Shown: in pieces, positions 1 through 11,967 of the stretch | How positions within the stretch are numbered: position 1 is the stretch's first letter | How the letters are laid out: each line of letters starts with the position of its first letter | NCBI GenBank assembly: GCA_019828565.1 | Contig: JAHDYR010000053.1 | Location: 34,114 to 98,113, forward strand | DNA length: 64,000 nt | Origin: Carpediemonas membranifera BICM | Lineage: Eukaryota; Protista; Fornicata | Direction of reading: 5' to 3' | Made by a program: the position numbers and the translations under genes | The notes under the pieces: generated by a model | What the model was told of the DNA's origin: nothing | Seen by the model: the letters and a program-made list of their open reading frames with translations, nothing else | Database searches by the model: none

Positions 1-2080
1 CTCCCACTTTGTGAGCGCACAATACTTCGCAATGATCAACGCAGGGGCAGTTGCCTCCGGCCCCTCCTTGGCCACCATCTCTCCGGCAGCGTTAAGGAGT
101 TGCATCACGCGACTGTTGACCTTGGCCAACTCACCCATCGCATGAGCAGCGGACCCAACCGGAACGCCCACGAGGTTTAGGCTGCGTCTTCTTGGGACGC
201 CTCCCGAGGTGTTGCCGTCGGTAACGTCTCTGTGCGCCACAACGCACTTCGACTTGTTGAGCCGCAGGCCGACTTCGAGGAACTTCTCCCTCGCGATCTC
301 GACAAGGTTGTTAGCCTCTCGGCCGACACCGGGCGTCTGCAAAGGCCGATCAGTCGTGGCGACTAGATCGTCTTGGTACGCTTGGAGGTGCCAACCCGGG
401 AACGCCTCGCGCAGAACGTCCAGAATGGGCTTGATGCCCAGGCTGAACAGAATAGGGGACAGGGGATCTCCTTGATGTATGCCCTCAGCTGACCTTATCA
501 CTCCTCCTGACGTGGAGAATAGGAGCCCTTGGCGATACATCGTAGACAGGTAGGGCATGAGAGCAGGCATGTAAGCGCGTACCACGTCGAACATGAACGC
601 CCTAGATAGGCATCCATAAGCGTTCGATAAGTCGAGGGAGACAACAGTCCCTCCCTCCTCGTAGACCCTGGTCACGCTGTCACTCAGCCTCTCCAGGCCG
701 CACTTCTCCCCCACCCCATACTGATCCTTGAGGGTCCGGTCGACGTCGACCAGGCGGGCCCTCACAGCCCAGGCGAGAGCCTTCGCCGCAACCCGCCGAA
801 GCGAGTCCCCGATGGCCACTCCTCGGATCTTCCCAGCCCCCTTGGGGACCGGGACAATGATGCAGTGGCTCAATACCGCGGTGTAGGTCTCGCCGTTCAG
901 GATGTCCTGTACGATCGGCATCAATGCGGCGATGAGGTCATGTCTGGCCACCTTCGCTGCTATTCTGATATGGAGGAAGGACAAGCCCGACGGCCCTGGG
1001 GCCGCCTCGGCCTTTAGAGCGTGTAGTACAGTCTTGAGGGTCCTAGCGGACACCTCAACTGACTGCAGTGGCTCTGCGGGGACGTCCTTAAACGGAACAT
1101 CTGGGCGCAGGCCACTGTAATCCTCCTGCAGTCTCTTCAGCTCTACATCCACCTCCTGTGGTGACAGGCCCGCATCCTCAGCTACCAGCGCAGTGGCTGC
1201 CTTGGACACGAACCCGTGGCGAACCAGTCGCATCACCTTACGCCACTTGGACGGGCGGCGCTTGGGGCCTTTCGATGCAACCGGCGGTGCGTACAGCGCC
1301 TTCGGGTACTCGAGTACCGTCCTCAGGGCCGCGCGCTTCTCGTCCTCGCTCTCCACGAGGGCCACCCGCTTGAGCTTCTCGATCAGGCCTCTGGCGAATT
1401 TCTCGCGTCCCCTCTTGGGGGGAGCGATCTTGCCAAGGAAGAGAGCCTGTCCCGGTGGTAGGAACACGTCGGGTCGATGGGCTGGGTGAGCGGGAGGGGG
1501 CAGTCGGGGGGCTTGCGGTGAAGCCCACCGCGGTGACGTGCGCTGCTGCGCTCGGCTGCGATGACAGCTGGCTACCAGGGGCGTGGACCTCTTCGACAGA
1601 TGGAAGGAGACTGGCAGGGTCGTTGTTGCCCATCACGTTTCTCCTGATCTCTCGGAAGAATTCGGCCGCCACCGACGGAGCTGTTTTGGCAGAACGCAGC
1701 GGTGTTGCTTTGGGAGTACTGCTAAGAGTAACACCCGCCGCGTCTAAGAGCCGCTTGAAGGAATCTACGATGTCCTTCAGTGCTCTCACCGTCAAACGCA
1801 CAATCTTCTTGTTGTTCACGTCCTTCATCAGCTCGACGATGGCCGCTTCGGAGCACAGCGTATCAAACACTGTCTCTACATTGCACCAACGTGCGTCAAT
1901 GAACTCAGCATTGACGAATTTCGCGTAGTCGGTACGAACAGTCTGCAGCAGAAGCTGTACGTCCCGAGCAAGCGCGTTTTCGCGCCAATCGGACGTTATG
2001 GAAACTCTCATCGCCATCTGGCCTCCAGGATCAGCCTGGGGCACAGAAAATGACGACATTTCCATTTCGGGAGGGAGCAT
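1..2080 (-). mobile_element. Non-LTR retrotransposon family A (CRE-like RT-RLE), 5' part; runs off the window start
   Basis: Near-identical to the A copy at 33374-36601. ATG at 2078-2080; RT motifs lie in 1-1400; one extra G in the run at about 1496-1500 shifts the frame. Confidence 0.9.
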
Positions 2081-2157
2081 CGTTTATTGCCTTTTGGACG
2101 AACTGTATTGCGAGCGGCGAGGCGCAGCCGAGCTTCGCGAGCCTGAGCGCAGCGAAG
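2014..2157 (-). promoter_or_regulatory. Two leader blocks shared by families A and B (2014-2079, about 66 nt; 2110-2157, 48 nt), both hairpin-forming
   Basis: Near-identical blocks recur at the 5' end of every A and B unit (only the 48-nt block is intact in the deleted B), while the flanking sequence is family-specific. Function is inferred. Confidence 0.6.
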
Positions 2158-2297
2158 ACGTCACTCTAGTGGTCAGTATGTCGGGTTTGAGGCACTGCTC
2201 GCTCCGAAATCTCCCTTTCGACTCTCCACTCAGTCACAACGAACGCGAACGCGAATAACGCGCAGATCACGCTCAAAGTACAGAAACAACATCAGTA

Positions 2298-5200
2298 TTA
2301 GTGGTTGAGGCCATTAGCCTCAGCTTGACGGTGCGCAGCATCCGCCTGGCGCATGAACGCATGGAACACATGAACTTGCTGCCGCATACAGGCCATCATG
2401 ACCGCGTCGGCAATCTGCCCAACAGTTTCGGCATCAAGGCCCAAAACGTCGCGCATCTCATCGGTCCATCCTCTCCCATGCACAGCACCAACACCACCAC
2501 TCTGGCGAACGACCACGGGAATAACCCGGACGTTCCAGTTGGCGTACTGCTCCTTCTTGCTCCGCATAGATGCAGACGCGTGATTGCTCACCACTACGTC
2601 AAGCACAACGGGTTCGGTATGGCCCGGTCTGGTCAAGAGGAGGTCCGCCCGCGCCTTGACCCGTTTGGTCCGGTCCACAGTCCACTCGCTGCCCCGTCCG
2701 AGCCAATGCTCAACTCTTACGCGCCAGGGGTGCCCGCGCAGCAGTTTGGCGAGCGTGTCGCGAATTTGGTCGTGCCGCTCCGATCCCAGCCCCTCCCTCA
2801 GGAAGGGACAGGTAAGAGAATGCTCGGCTGAGCAGGGGACAGACCGGTGGTTAACACTACGGGCCAGGCATAGCGGACAGACGTCGTGGCCTGTCTCAAA
2901 GGCAGGAAGGCCGACATGGTTGCGAAGCATCGGTGCAGCACCCTCGTCACAGGGGTTACGACCCATAGCGGCTGGATCAGCCGCGAGTAGAGACCTGATC
3001 ACGTTTGGCGAGTCGACTGAAACAGTCAGTTGGCTGGAAATGTTATCCTGCAGGAGGCGTACCAACTTCTTCTGCGTGCTCTCGAGTGAGAGCTTTCTGA
3101 CATCGCCATATGATGTCGGCCAATCCTTGGGCGTCGCGGCGAGAGCCGGGATGCATGGCAGTGCGTCTTGGATGAGAGCCTCGGGCCTTTCGACCTTCAG
3201 CTCTATGAGTTGTCGTGCGGCACCCAGATAGGCTGGGGCCCACACAACAGAGGGCATGGCCAATCCGAGCCCGCCTTGACTGACCGGCAGACAGAGCCTT
3301 GCGGCGAAGTCCTTGTCAGTCTCTGCGCTGGACTGGAGCAGCTTCAGGATGGCGGGGACCACCTTCTGCTGTTCGAAGTCCAGTTGCGACTCGAACATGT
3401 CACCCCCGCCCGGCGAAACATTGCGGAAGAAGTGCTCCCACTTGGTGAGGGCACACAGTTTCGTCACTAGGAGGGCAGGGGCGACGGCTTCCGCGCCAAT
3501 GTCAGAGACCATCGATGCAGCAGCGTCAAGCAGCTCCATAACCTTGCGGTTAGCAGAGCCTAGCTCCCGCATGATGTGCGTGGCGGAGCCGATTGGAACA
3601 CCAACCAGCTTGGTATCGCGTCTCCGTGGGACGCCACCAGTTGTGTTGCCGTCAACGACATCCTTATGGGCTAGCACGCACTTGGTACGGTTGAGGCGGA
3701 GGCCAACCTCGTTGAACTTCTGAGCGGCGAGTTCTGTGAGATTGTTGGCCTCACGGCCGACCCCAGGCGACTGTAGCGGGCGGGTAGTGGTGGCTACAAT
3801 GTCATCCTGGTAGGCACGGATGCACCACCCAGGGAAAGCCTCGCGCAAGACGTCCAGAATGGGCTTAACGCCTAAGCTGAAAAGAATTGGCGAGAGCGGG
3901 TCCCCTTGGTGAATGCCTTCAGCCGACCTCATGGTGATGCCGGAGGTAGAGAAAAGTAAGCCCCGTCGGTACATGGTCGACAGGTATGGGATGAGCGCCG
4001 GCATGTAGGCCGCCACCACCTTCATGGCGAAGGCCCTCGACAAGCATCCATAGGCGTTGGAAAGGTCGAGTGTGAGCACTGTACCGCCACTTCGGTAGAC
4101 TGCACTCACCTCCTCTCCCAACCTCTCCAAGCCGCACTTCTCACCTACTCCGAACTGGTCCTTCAGGGCACGATCGACGTCAACCAGCCGCTTACGGACG
4201 GACCAGGCGAGTGCCTTTGCCGCCACACGGCGAATAGAGTCGCCGATCGCGACCCCTCGGACCTTCCCTTCACCTTTCGGCACAGGGACGAGAATGCAAT
4301 GACTGAACACATCAGTGTAAGCTTCTCCGTTCAGGATGTCCTGAACCAGCGGGAGCAGAGCCTGGACTAGTTCGCGCCTTGATGTCTTGTAGGCGATCTT
4401 CAGGTGAAGGAACGATAGCCCGGAGGGCCCCGGGGCCGCCTCAGACTTGAGTGTGTTGAGGATGGTCTTCAGAGTCTTAGAGGAAACTTCGACACACTGC
4501 AGGGGGTTCTCGGGGACGTCTCGCATGGGGACGTCGGGACAAAGCCCGTTGAACCCAACCTGGAGGTCCCGCAGTTGAGCGTCGATTTCAGTCGGTGTCA
4601 GGTCAGTCTCATTGGCTACCATGGACGTGGCGGCCTTCGAGACAAACCCGTGGCGAATCAGGTTCAGCGTCCGACGCCACTTGCTCGCGCTAGCGCGTCG
4701 TCCGCCTCGGTCCGACGGCGGTGCGTACAGCGTCTTGGGGTAGTCTACAACCTTAAGAGCCTCAGCCCGCTTGGCGTCGTCACCTGTCGCGTTGTTCACC
4801 TCCCTCAATCGTTCAATAAGGCCTCGTGTGAACTTCTCGCGCCCGCGCTTGGGCGGAGCGATCTTTCCGAGGAACAAGGCCTGACCCGGGGGAAGGAAGA
4901 CATCGGGTCGATGAGCAGGGGTAGTGGGAGGTGCTGATGGCGGGGTTAGGGGGAAACCAACCGCCGAAACGTGAGCTGCCGTGTCTGCCTGGACCTCTTC
5001 GTCAACAGGCTGCGATGACAGACCCTCGTCGTCCGTCGCGATCTCTACTGCAGAGGGAGGGACATTTGCAGCGGTCTCTGGACGCATAGCGTTGTCTCGT
5101 ATCGTGCAGGCGATAATCGCAATGGACTTGGGGGCTGTGTTTGCAGAACGCAACGAAGTTGCCGTTGGCAGCGCCTGTGTGGTGATGCTGTGGGCCTTAA

Positions 5201-5519
5201 GGAGGTCCTTGAAGCTGTCAGCAATCGCCTTCAGGGCTTTCACGGTAAAGCGTACGATGTGTTTGTTCTGGACGTCGCGCATGAGCTCGACAACCGCAGT
5301 TTCAGAGCACAATGTGTTGAACACCGTGTCCGTATCACACCACAGTCTGTCAATTAGGCTTATGTCGACGAACTTCGCGTAGGTGCTATGAACTTCGGTA
5401 AGAAGAGCACGAACATCCTCGGCGAAGACGCTTTCGCGCCATACGAGTCTCGTACGTCGTCGAGTCACCATCTGGCCTCCAGGATCAGCCTGGGGCGCAG
5501 AAAATGACGACATTTCCAT
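2298..5519 (-). CDS. Family B retrotransposon polyprotein, intact, about 1073 aa: RT plus CCHC knuckle plus restriction-like endonuclease
   Basis: RT motifs APGPSG, KVRGVAIGDSIRR, QFGVG, LDLSNAY, GIHQGDPLSP and AYQDD. C-terminal motifs CPLC..H..C, RHD, RADL, LDV and KKEQY. Likely start is the ATG at 5517-5519. Confidence 0.93.
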   Translation of the reverse strand: MEMSSFSAPQADPGGQMVTRRRTRLVWRESVFAEDVRALLTEVHSTYAKFVDISLIDRLWCDTDTVFNTLCSETAVVELMRDVQNKHIVRFTVKALKAIADSFKDLLKAHSITTQALPTATSLRSANTAPKSIAIIACTIRDNAMRPETAANVPPSAVEIATDDEGLSSQPVDEEVQADTAAHVSAVGFPLTPPSAPPTTPAHRPDVFLPPGQALFLGKIAPPKRGREKFTRGLIERLREVNNATGDDAKRAEALKVVDYPKTLYAPPSDRGGRRASASKWRRTLNLIRHGFVSKAATSMVANETDLTPTEIDAQLRDLQVGFNGLCPDVPMRDVPENPLQCVEVSSKTLKTILNTLKSEAAPGPSGLSFLHLKIAYKTSRRELVQALLPLVQDILNGEAYTDVFSHCILVPVPKGEGKVRGVAIGDSIRRVAAKALAWSVRKRLVDVDRALKDQFGVGEKCGLERLGEEVSAVYRSGGTVLTLDLSNAYGCLSRAFAMKVVAAYMPALIPYLSTMYRRGLLFSTSGITMRSAEGIHQGDPLSPILFSLGVKPILDVLREAFPGWCIRAYQDDIVATTTRPLQSPGVGREANNLTELAAQKFNEVGLRLNRTKCVLAHKDVVDGNTTGGVPRRRDTKLVGVPIGSATHIMRELGSANRKVMELLDAAASMVSDIGAEAVAPALLVTKLCALTKWEHFFRNVSPGGGDMFESQLDFEQQKVVPAILKLLQSSAETDKDFAARLCLPVSQGGLGLAMPSVVWAPAYLGAARQLIELKVERPEALIQDALPCIPALAATPKDWPTSYGDVRKLSLESTQKKLVRLLQDNISSQLTVSVDSPNVIRSLLAADPAAMGRNPCDEGAAPMLRNHVGLPAFETGHDVCPLCLARSVNHRSVPCSAEHSLTCPFLREGLGSERHDQIRDTLAKLLRGHPWRVRVEHWLGRGSEWTVDRTKRVKARADLLLTRPGHTEPVVLDVVVSNHASASMRSKKEQYANWNVRVIPVVVRQSGGVGAVHGRGWTDEMRDVLGLDAETVGQIADAVMMACMRQQVHVFHAFMRQADAAHRQAEANGLNH

Positions 5520-5753
5520 TTTCGGGAGGGAGCAAACTTTTATGTAATCAACGACAAACAGTCTAGCGAGCGGCGAGGCGCAGCCGAGCTTCGCGAGCCT
5601 GAGCGCAGCGAAGCAGTTTGAGGCTATGGGGTGCGTCGGGGTCCTCCGTCGCTCCATCCAGTGAGTCGCTGGCGAGTCAACAAAACCAACAAGAACACTC
5701 TGAAGCGCTCTGCACGAGCCGATTGCTACACCAATATCAGAATTGAGTAACAA

Positions 5754-6126
5754 TTAGTGGGAGAGGCCCAAATCCTCTGCTGCAGCATGTGCTGCGTCGC
5801 ATTGCTTGATGAACGCTGCATATGTGTGCACTTGCCCTCTCATGCACAATCTTCTTGTTGTTCACGTCCTTCATCAGCTCGACGATGGCCGCTTCGGAGC
5901 ACAGCGTATCAAACACTGTCTCTACGTTGCACCAACGTGCGTCAATGAACTCAGCATTGACGAATTTCGCGTAGTCGGTACGAACAGTCTGCAGCAGAAG
6001 CTGTACGTCCCGAGCAAGCGCGTTTTCGCGCCAATCGGACGTTATGGAAACTCTCATCGCCATCTGGCCTCCAGGATCAGCCTGGGGCACAGAAAATGAC
6101 GACATTTCCATTTCGGGAGGGAGCAT
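5754..6126 (-). pseudogene. Internally deleted family A unit (mini-A, about 2.85 kb removed)
   Basis: The A 3' end is joined to the A 5' part at a 3-bp microhomology (gca, 5844-5846). The same junction occurs at 38949-38951. Confidence 0.92.
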
Positions 6127-6343
6127 CGTTTATTGCCTTTTGGACGAACTGTATTGCGAGCGGCGAGGCGCAGCCGAGCTTCGCGAGCCTGAGCGCAGCG
6201 AAGACGTCACTCTAGTGGTCAGTATGTCGGGTTTGAGGCACTGCTCGCTCCGAAATCTCCCTTTCGACTCTCCACTCAGTCACAACGAACGCGAACGCGA
6301 ATAACGCGCAGATCACGCTCAAAGTACAGAAACAACATCAGTA

Positions 6344-9005
6344 TTAGTGGTTGAGGCCATTAGCCTCAGCTTGACGGTGCGCAGCATCCGCCTGGCGCAT
6401 GAACGCATGGAACACATGAACTTGCTGCCGCATACAGGCCATCATGACCGCGTCGGCAATCTGCCCAACAGTTTCGGCATCAAGGCCCAAAACGTCGCGC
6501 ATCTCATCGGTACATCCTCTCCCATGCACAGCACCAACACCACCACTCTGGCGAACGACCACGGGAATAACCCGGACGTTCCAGTTGGCGTACTGCTCCT
6601 TCTTGCTCCGCATAGATGCAGACGCGTGATTGCTCACCACTACGTCAAGCACAACGGGTTCGGTATGGCCCGGTCTGGTCAAGAGGAGGTCCGCCCGCGC
6701 CTTGACCCGTTTGGTCCGGTCCACAGTCCACTCGCTGCCCCGTCCGAGCCAATGCTCAACTCTTACGCGCCAGGGGTGCCCGCGCAGCAGTTTGGCGAGC
6801 GTGTCGCGAATTTGGTCGTGCCGCTCCGATCCCAGCCCCTCCCTCAGGAAGGGACAGGTAAGAGAATGCTCGGCTGAGCAGGGGACAGACCGGTGGTTAA
6901 CACTACGGGCCAGGCATAGCGGACAGACGTCGTGGCCTGTCTCAAAGGCAGGAAGGCCGACATGGTTGCGAAGCATCGGTGCAGCACCCTCGTCACAGGG
7001 GTTACGACCCATAGCGGCTGCATCAGCCGCGAGTAGAGACCTGATCACGTTTGGCGAGTCGACTGAAACAGTCAGTTGGCTGGAAATGTTATCCTGCAGG
7101 AGGCGTACCAACTTCTTCTGCGTGCTCTCGAGTGAGAGCTTTCTGACATCGCCATATGATGTCGGCCAATCCTTGGGCGTCGCGGCGAGAGCCGGGATGC
7201 ATGGCAGTGCGTCTTGGATGAGAGCCTCGGGCCTTTCGACCTTCAGCTCTATGAGTTGTCGTGCGGCACCCAGATAGGCTGGGGCCCACACAACAGAGGG
7301 CATGGCCAATCCGAGCCCGCCTTGACTGACCGGCAGACAGAGCCTTGCGGCGAAGTCCTTGTCAGTCTCTGCGCTGGACTGGAGCAGCTTCAGGATGGCG
7401 GGGACCACCTTCTGCTGTTCGAAGTCCAGTTGCGACTCGAACATGTCACCCCCGCCCGGCGAAACATTGCGGAAGAAGTGCTCCCACTTGGTGAGGGCAC
7501 ACAGTTTCGTCACTAGGAGGGCAGGGGCGACGGCTTCCGCGCCAATGTCAGAGACCATCGATGCAGCAGCGTCAAGCAGCTCCATAACCTTGCGGTTAGC
7601 AGAGCCTAGCTCCCGCATGATGTGCGTGGCGGAGCCGATTGGAACACCAACCAGCTTGGTATCGCGTCTCCGTGGGACGCCACCAGTTGTGTTGCCGTCA
7701 ACGACATCCTTATGGGCTAGCACGCACTTGGCACGGTTGAGGCGGAGGCCAACCTCGTTGAACTTCTGAGCGGCGAGTTCTGTGAGATTGTTGGCCTCAC
7801 GGCCGACCCCAGGCGACTGTAGCGGGCGGGTAGTGGTGGCTACAATGTCATCCTGGTAGGCACGGATGCACCACCCAGGGAAAGCCTCGCGCAAGACGTC
7901 CAGAATGGGCTTAACGCCTAAGCTGAAAAGAATTGGCGAGAGCGGGTCCCCTTGGTGAATGCCTTCAGCCGACCTCATGGTGATGCCGGAGGTAGAGAAA
8001 AGTAAGCCCCGTCGGTACATGGTCGACAGGTATGGGATGAGCGCCGGCATGTAGGCCGCCACCACCTTCATGGCGAAGGCCCTCGACAAGCATCCATAGG
8101 CGTTGGAAAGGTCGAGTGTGAGCACTGTACCGCCACTTCGGTAGACTGCACTCACCTCCTCTCCCAACCTCTCCAAGCCGCACTTCTCACCTACTCCGAA
8201 CTGGTCCTTCAGGGCACGATCGACGTCAACCAGCCGCTTACGGACGGACCAGGCGAGTGCCTTTGCCGCCACACGGCGAATAGAGTCGCCGATCGCGACC
8301 CCTCGGACCTTCCCTTCACCTTTCGGCACAGGGACGAGAATGCAATGACTGAACACATCAGTGTAAGCTTCTCCGTTCAGGATGTCCTGAACCAGCGGGA
8401 GCAGAGCCTGGACTAGTTCGCGCCTTGATGTCTTGTAGGCGATCTTCAGGTGAAGGAACGATAGCCCGGAGGGCCCCGGGGCCGCCTCAGACTTGAGTGT
8501 GTTGAGGATGGTCTTCAGAGTCTTAGAGGAAACTTCGACACACTGCAGGGGGTTCTCGGGGACGTCTCGCATGGGGACGTCGGGACAAAGCCCGTTGAAC
8601 CCAACCTGGAGGTCCCGCAGTTGAGCGTCGATTTCAGTCGGTGTCAGGTCAGTCTCATTGGCTACCATGGACGTGGCGGCCTTCGAGACAAACCCGTGGC
8701 GAATCAGGTTCAGCGTCCGACGCCACTTGCTCGCGCTAGCGCGTCGTCCGCCTCGGTCCGACGGCGGTGCGTACAGCGTCTTGGGGTAGTCTACAACCTT
8801 AAGAGCCTCAGCCCGCTTGGCGTCGTCACCTGTCGCGTTGTTCACCTCCCTCAATCGTTCAATAAGGCCTCGTGTGAACTTCTCGCGCCCGCGCTTGGGC
8901 GGAGCGATCTTTCCGAGGAACAAGGCCTGACCCGGGGGAAGGAAGACATCGGGTCGATGAGCAGGGGTAGTGGGAGGTGCTGATGGCGGGGTTAGGGGGA
9001 AACCA
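6344..9005 (-). mobile_element. Family B unit, 3' part, interrupted by giant element 1
   Basis: Near-identical to the 3' part of the B copy at 2298; the sequence resumes exactly at 32579. Confidence 0.95.
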
Positions 9006-9079
9006 CATACTGTGAAAGTCGGCAGATAATCTACGATTTTTTCTAGATAATCTAGGGCCTAAAAACCCTAGATTATCTA
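9006..9079 (+). repeat. Left TIR of element 1
   Basis: CATACTGTGAAAGTCGG...GATTATCTA; contains three AGATWATCTA quasi-palindromes. Confidence 0.97.
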
Positions 9080-10082
9080 CGGTTGCAAGAAAAAATGAAC
9101 TCGACGATGAGCCGGAGCTGGATCTTCAAAGTGGTATGGTAGTACTTGGCTATACCTAAGCAATACGCATGCGCAGTATCAAACTTTAAATCCTGCTAGA
9201 AAAAAGTAACATAGGGACAAATTGGAATTGAGAGTTGAGACTCAAAAAACGGGCAGGGGGGAGGAAATGGTCCATAGGTACGCCTTATGGGTCGCTTCCT
9301 CCCCTCTGCCCCTTTTTTAATCGCAAAATCGATTTGCCGGATTTGACACACGTTTGATGTGATCAAAATGGATTTGATAGACATGGGTCCAGATCATGCA
9401 GTTGGCCATCCTGAAGCGCTAGGGCGGCCTGCAGACCGCAGCAATGCCTCTGCTGAATGCCCTTCATGCCTGACGGACAGGACGCGCGTTGACTATAAAG
9501 GACTGCATGTTTCGGCATCAGAAGAAGGTGTGGAATACAACGGAGTCATCGCCGAACCGCTCCGACCAAGTCGGTTATTAGGACATCGCGTTCAGACGCC
9601 CTCTGCAATTACCAAGTCAATAGATGGGAGTCGACCTGATCAGCACGTCATTTGGGGCCTCAGGTGACCCTATAGCTGAGTTTGGCTGGGCGCTGCTGCG
9701 GCCATGGGCCGCTAGTGCCCTTACTGGCTCGTTTCTCCTCGTATAGCGGCCGTAGAGGTCTGATCTGAGCCTCGTTATAATAGTCTGCCCGAGTAGAGTC
9801 CAGCCATACCATAAATGTCCCCCAATCTCCCCCTCCCGGTCGCTCATACCTCCAAAATGGCCTATATTCCCTGTAGGGAGATTAATAAGGGCGGATTTCC
9901 CATAAGTCGTGGCATAGAGGGAAGAGACTTTGTACACAGCCTCCAGATCGTGGGTTCAATTTTCACCGGGAGCAATATGCTCTTTTTGGCAGACAACGCC
10001 GCTCCGAGCTCTATCGCGCCCAGCGGTGCCTGCAGCGGCCAGAACAGAGCTAGAATTCGGGTGATTTTTAATCTCGATCGAA

Positions 10083-10745
10083 ATGCTGCTGAAGCACGCT
10101 CTAGAGGGACTGAAGCGCTCTACGAAGGAGCAATACAAGCAGACATATCAAAAACTGTGCGTTTACCTTGAGTGCGACGATGAGGATGCTGATGTTGTTA
10201 TTATCACAGAGATCCGACAAAATAGTGACGTATTCGAACAGTTTCTGGACTCTCTGTCCTTCTGTTGCCGTTTTGGACGGTACAAGTCCATCTCGATGCC
10301 TCAACAGGCTCTCGTTCGCCTTCTTCGCACTGCTGGTGCCGAAACCGACCTAATTTGCAGGATAAGGACTCACACGCTTCCGGCACGCCAGGTGCTGACT
10401 GAGGAAGAGTACGACAAGCTCACGGGTGCTCTGAAGTACGACATTGCCGAGTCCCACCGTCAGCTCGCCCTAGTCGTTGCTCTCTGCCGGCTGGGATCGT
10501 ATGTCGCAGACCTACGTGACTTAGACCTACCCGCGCTACAGGAGTTGATGCAAGAGGCTGCCGTGGATCACCCTGCCTTTGAGACCCTTATCTGGATGTC
10601 CAAGGACCTTGATTCGCTCTGGGGTAGTCCCCCCATGACAGTCAGGCACGCGAACCGTATCCTGCACGAAGCGGGGATGCAGAGTCTGAAAAGACCCATC
10701 TCCCTGTCCGATCTGGATACCCCTGACGACAGATGGAATGACTGA
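10083..10745 (+). CDS. Degenerate tyrosine-recombinase-like protein (220 aa)
   Basis: STKEQY..Y (core-binding-like), VLTEEEYDKL, LALVVALCRLGSYVADLRDL and ILHEAG..PISLSDL mimic YR boxes. Catalytic R, HxxR and Y are not evident. Confidence 0.45.
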   Translation: MLLKHALEGLKRSTKEQYKQTYQKLCVYLECDDEDADVVIITEIRQNSDVFEQFLDSLSFCCRFGRYKSISMPQQALVRLLRTAGAETDLICRIRTHTLPARQVLTEEEYDKLTGALKYDIAESHRQLALVVALCRLGSYVADLRDLDLPALQELMQEAAVDHPAFETLIWMSKDLDSLWGSPPMTVRHANRILHEAGMQSLKRPISLSDLDTPDDRWND

Positions 10746-10777
10746 AGCTGTAAACATATCCATTGACTCTGAATCTT

Positions 10778-11707
10778 TTATTTCTCCATCTGCGAGTTAA
10801 GCCAGGCCACTGCCTTTCCCGTCAAATATACCTTACGTGTGTCGTGCGCCTTCTTTGTTGCTCTTGCGGCTGAAGCATCAACAGTGGCCTGCTTCAACAA
10901 ATCTCGGCAGCTAGACTTCGGCGTCTTGGTGCCACGTCGCGTGCAGGCCCACTCTCTATCGTCCACGGACTCACCACACACAACGCATGACCCTGCGAAT
11001 ACGGTCGGTGGCTTCTCCTTCAGCTTCTGTCGAAGCAGATCGCACATCGCGGTCTTGACGACGCGTCGAGATAATTCATCCGTGCGCAGGGTACTAACAG
11101 GCTCAACCAAGAGCTCTGTCTGAGTAGACGCCTCCTCTAGGTCTCGCACAGTCTGAGTCTCTGCATGCTCACCCTGTGGCGAAAACTGCTGGCATTTTCC
11201 CACCATCCTCGGCTTATCAGGATCAGGACCCAGCGCAGTCATGTAAACAGGTACCTCAACCCGCTTCTCGACTATCTTGACAGGCTGGGAGCCCCTGCGG
11301 GAAGGGGCTTGCGGGTGAACTCGCGTCCTGGTCGGCCCCCCGTTCGCCTCGTTGTGCAGAGCCTCCATGAAGGCATTGAAGCCGTCATCACGGCCCACCT
11401 TCTGCGTCACAAACGACATGACGCATGTGACCGACATCTCAAAGGATGCAAAATCGGCAGCACTGGAAACATCGCGATTGTGGCAGATTGAGTTTCGAGC
11501 TGCCAACAGCTCGCGTATATGTCTCTTATCAGCGTGGTGAAGATCAGGAACACGATGTAGGATCGCTTGCAAAAGCATAGCCGGATCCATCTCGCCACCG
11601 TCACCACGGTACCTCGCGATGTACTCCTGCAGCTTCGGAATCATCCTCAGTAGCGCTTCAAACATCATGCTGGCGTATCCTGCTGAATCCTTCGCCCCAG
11701 AGCTCAT
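10778..11707 (-). CDS. Swt1-like HEPN protein with C-terminal Cys4 zinc finger (309 aa)
   Basis: RxxxxH motif in RELLAARNSICHN; CVVCG..WAC..CR; homologous to 55782-56795. Confidence 0.65.
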   Translation of the reverse strand: MSSGAKDSAGYASMMFEALLRMIPKLQEYIARYRGDGGEMDPAMLLQAILHRVPDLHHADKRHIRELLAARNSICHNRDVSSAADFASFEMSVTCVMSFVTQKVGRDDGFNAFMEALHNEANGGPTRTRVHPQAPSRRGSQPVKIVEKRVEVPVYMTALGPDPDKPRMVGKCQQFSPQGEHAETQTVRDLEEASTQTELLVEPVSTLRTDELSRRVVKTAMCDLLRQKLKEKPPTVFAGSCVVCGESVDDREWACTRRGTKTPKSSCRDLLKQATVDASAARATKKAHDTRKVYLTGKAVAWLNSQMEK

Positions 11708-11967
11708 ATCGGTTTCTTCAGAACGAAATTCTAAAGAAATGTTCGGTGGTAAGTGAGATCACTGCGCGTCTAGAGACAGCAGAAACGTAACCTACAGCCC
11801 ATATTGATGTGGGCTGGGCGTTGCTTCAACTGATAAATGCCACATTTCTCTGTTTACATGGTAAGGTAACACGTGAGTGCTTTGTACTGGCATACTTAAA
11901 GGCAAGGTAAGGTTGGCGGACGTAGTATCACCCGTGGCGCTTGACTATCACTCAATCAGACAGATAT

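Noticed and set aside
2014-2157. HDV or hammerhead ribozyme call
   Set aside because: I could not build the canonical cores by eye, so it is left as an unassigned structured leader.
2301-5382. Plus-strand ORFs antisense to the RT genes and similar shadow ORFs elsewhere
   Set aside because: They have no motifs and are expected from GC-rich codon bias; they recur only because the DNA is repeated.
5520-5753. N-terminal extension of the 1151-aa ORF
   Set aside because: It is in frame only through an extra T near 5521 that the other full-length B leaders lack; this is spacer sequence.
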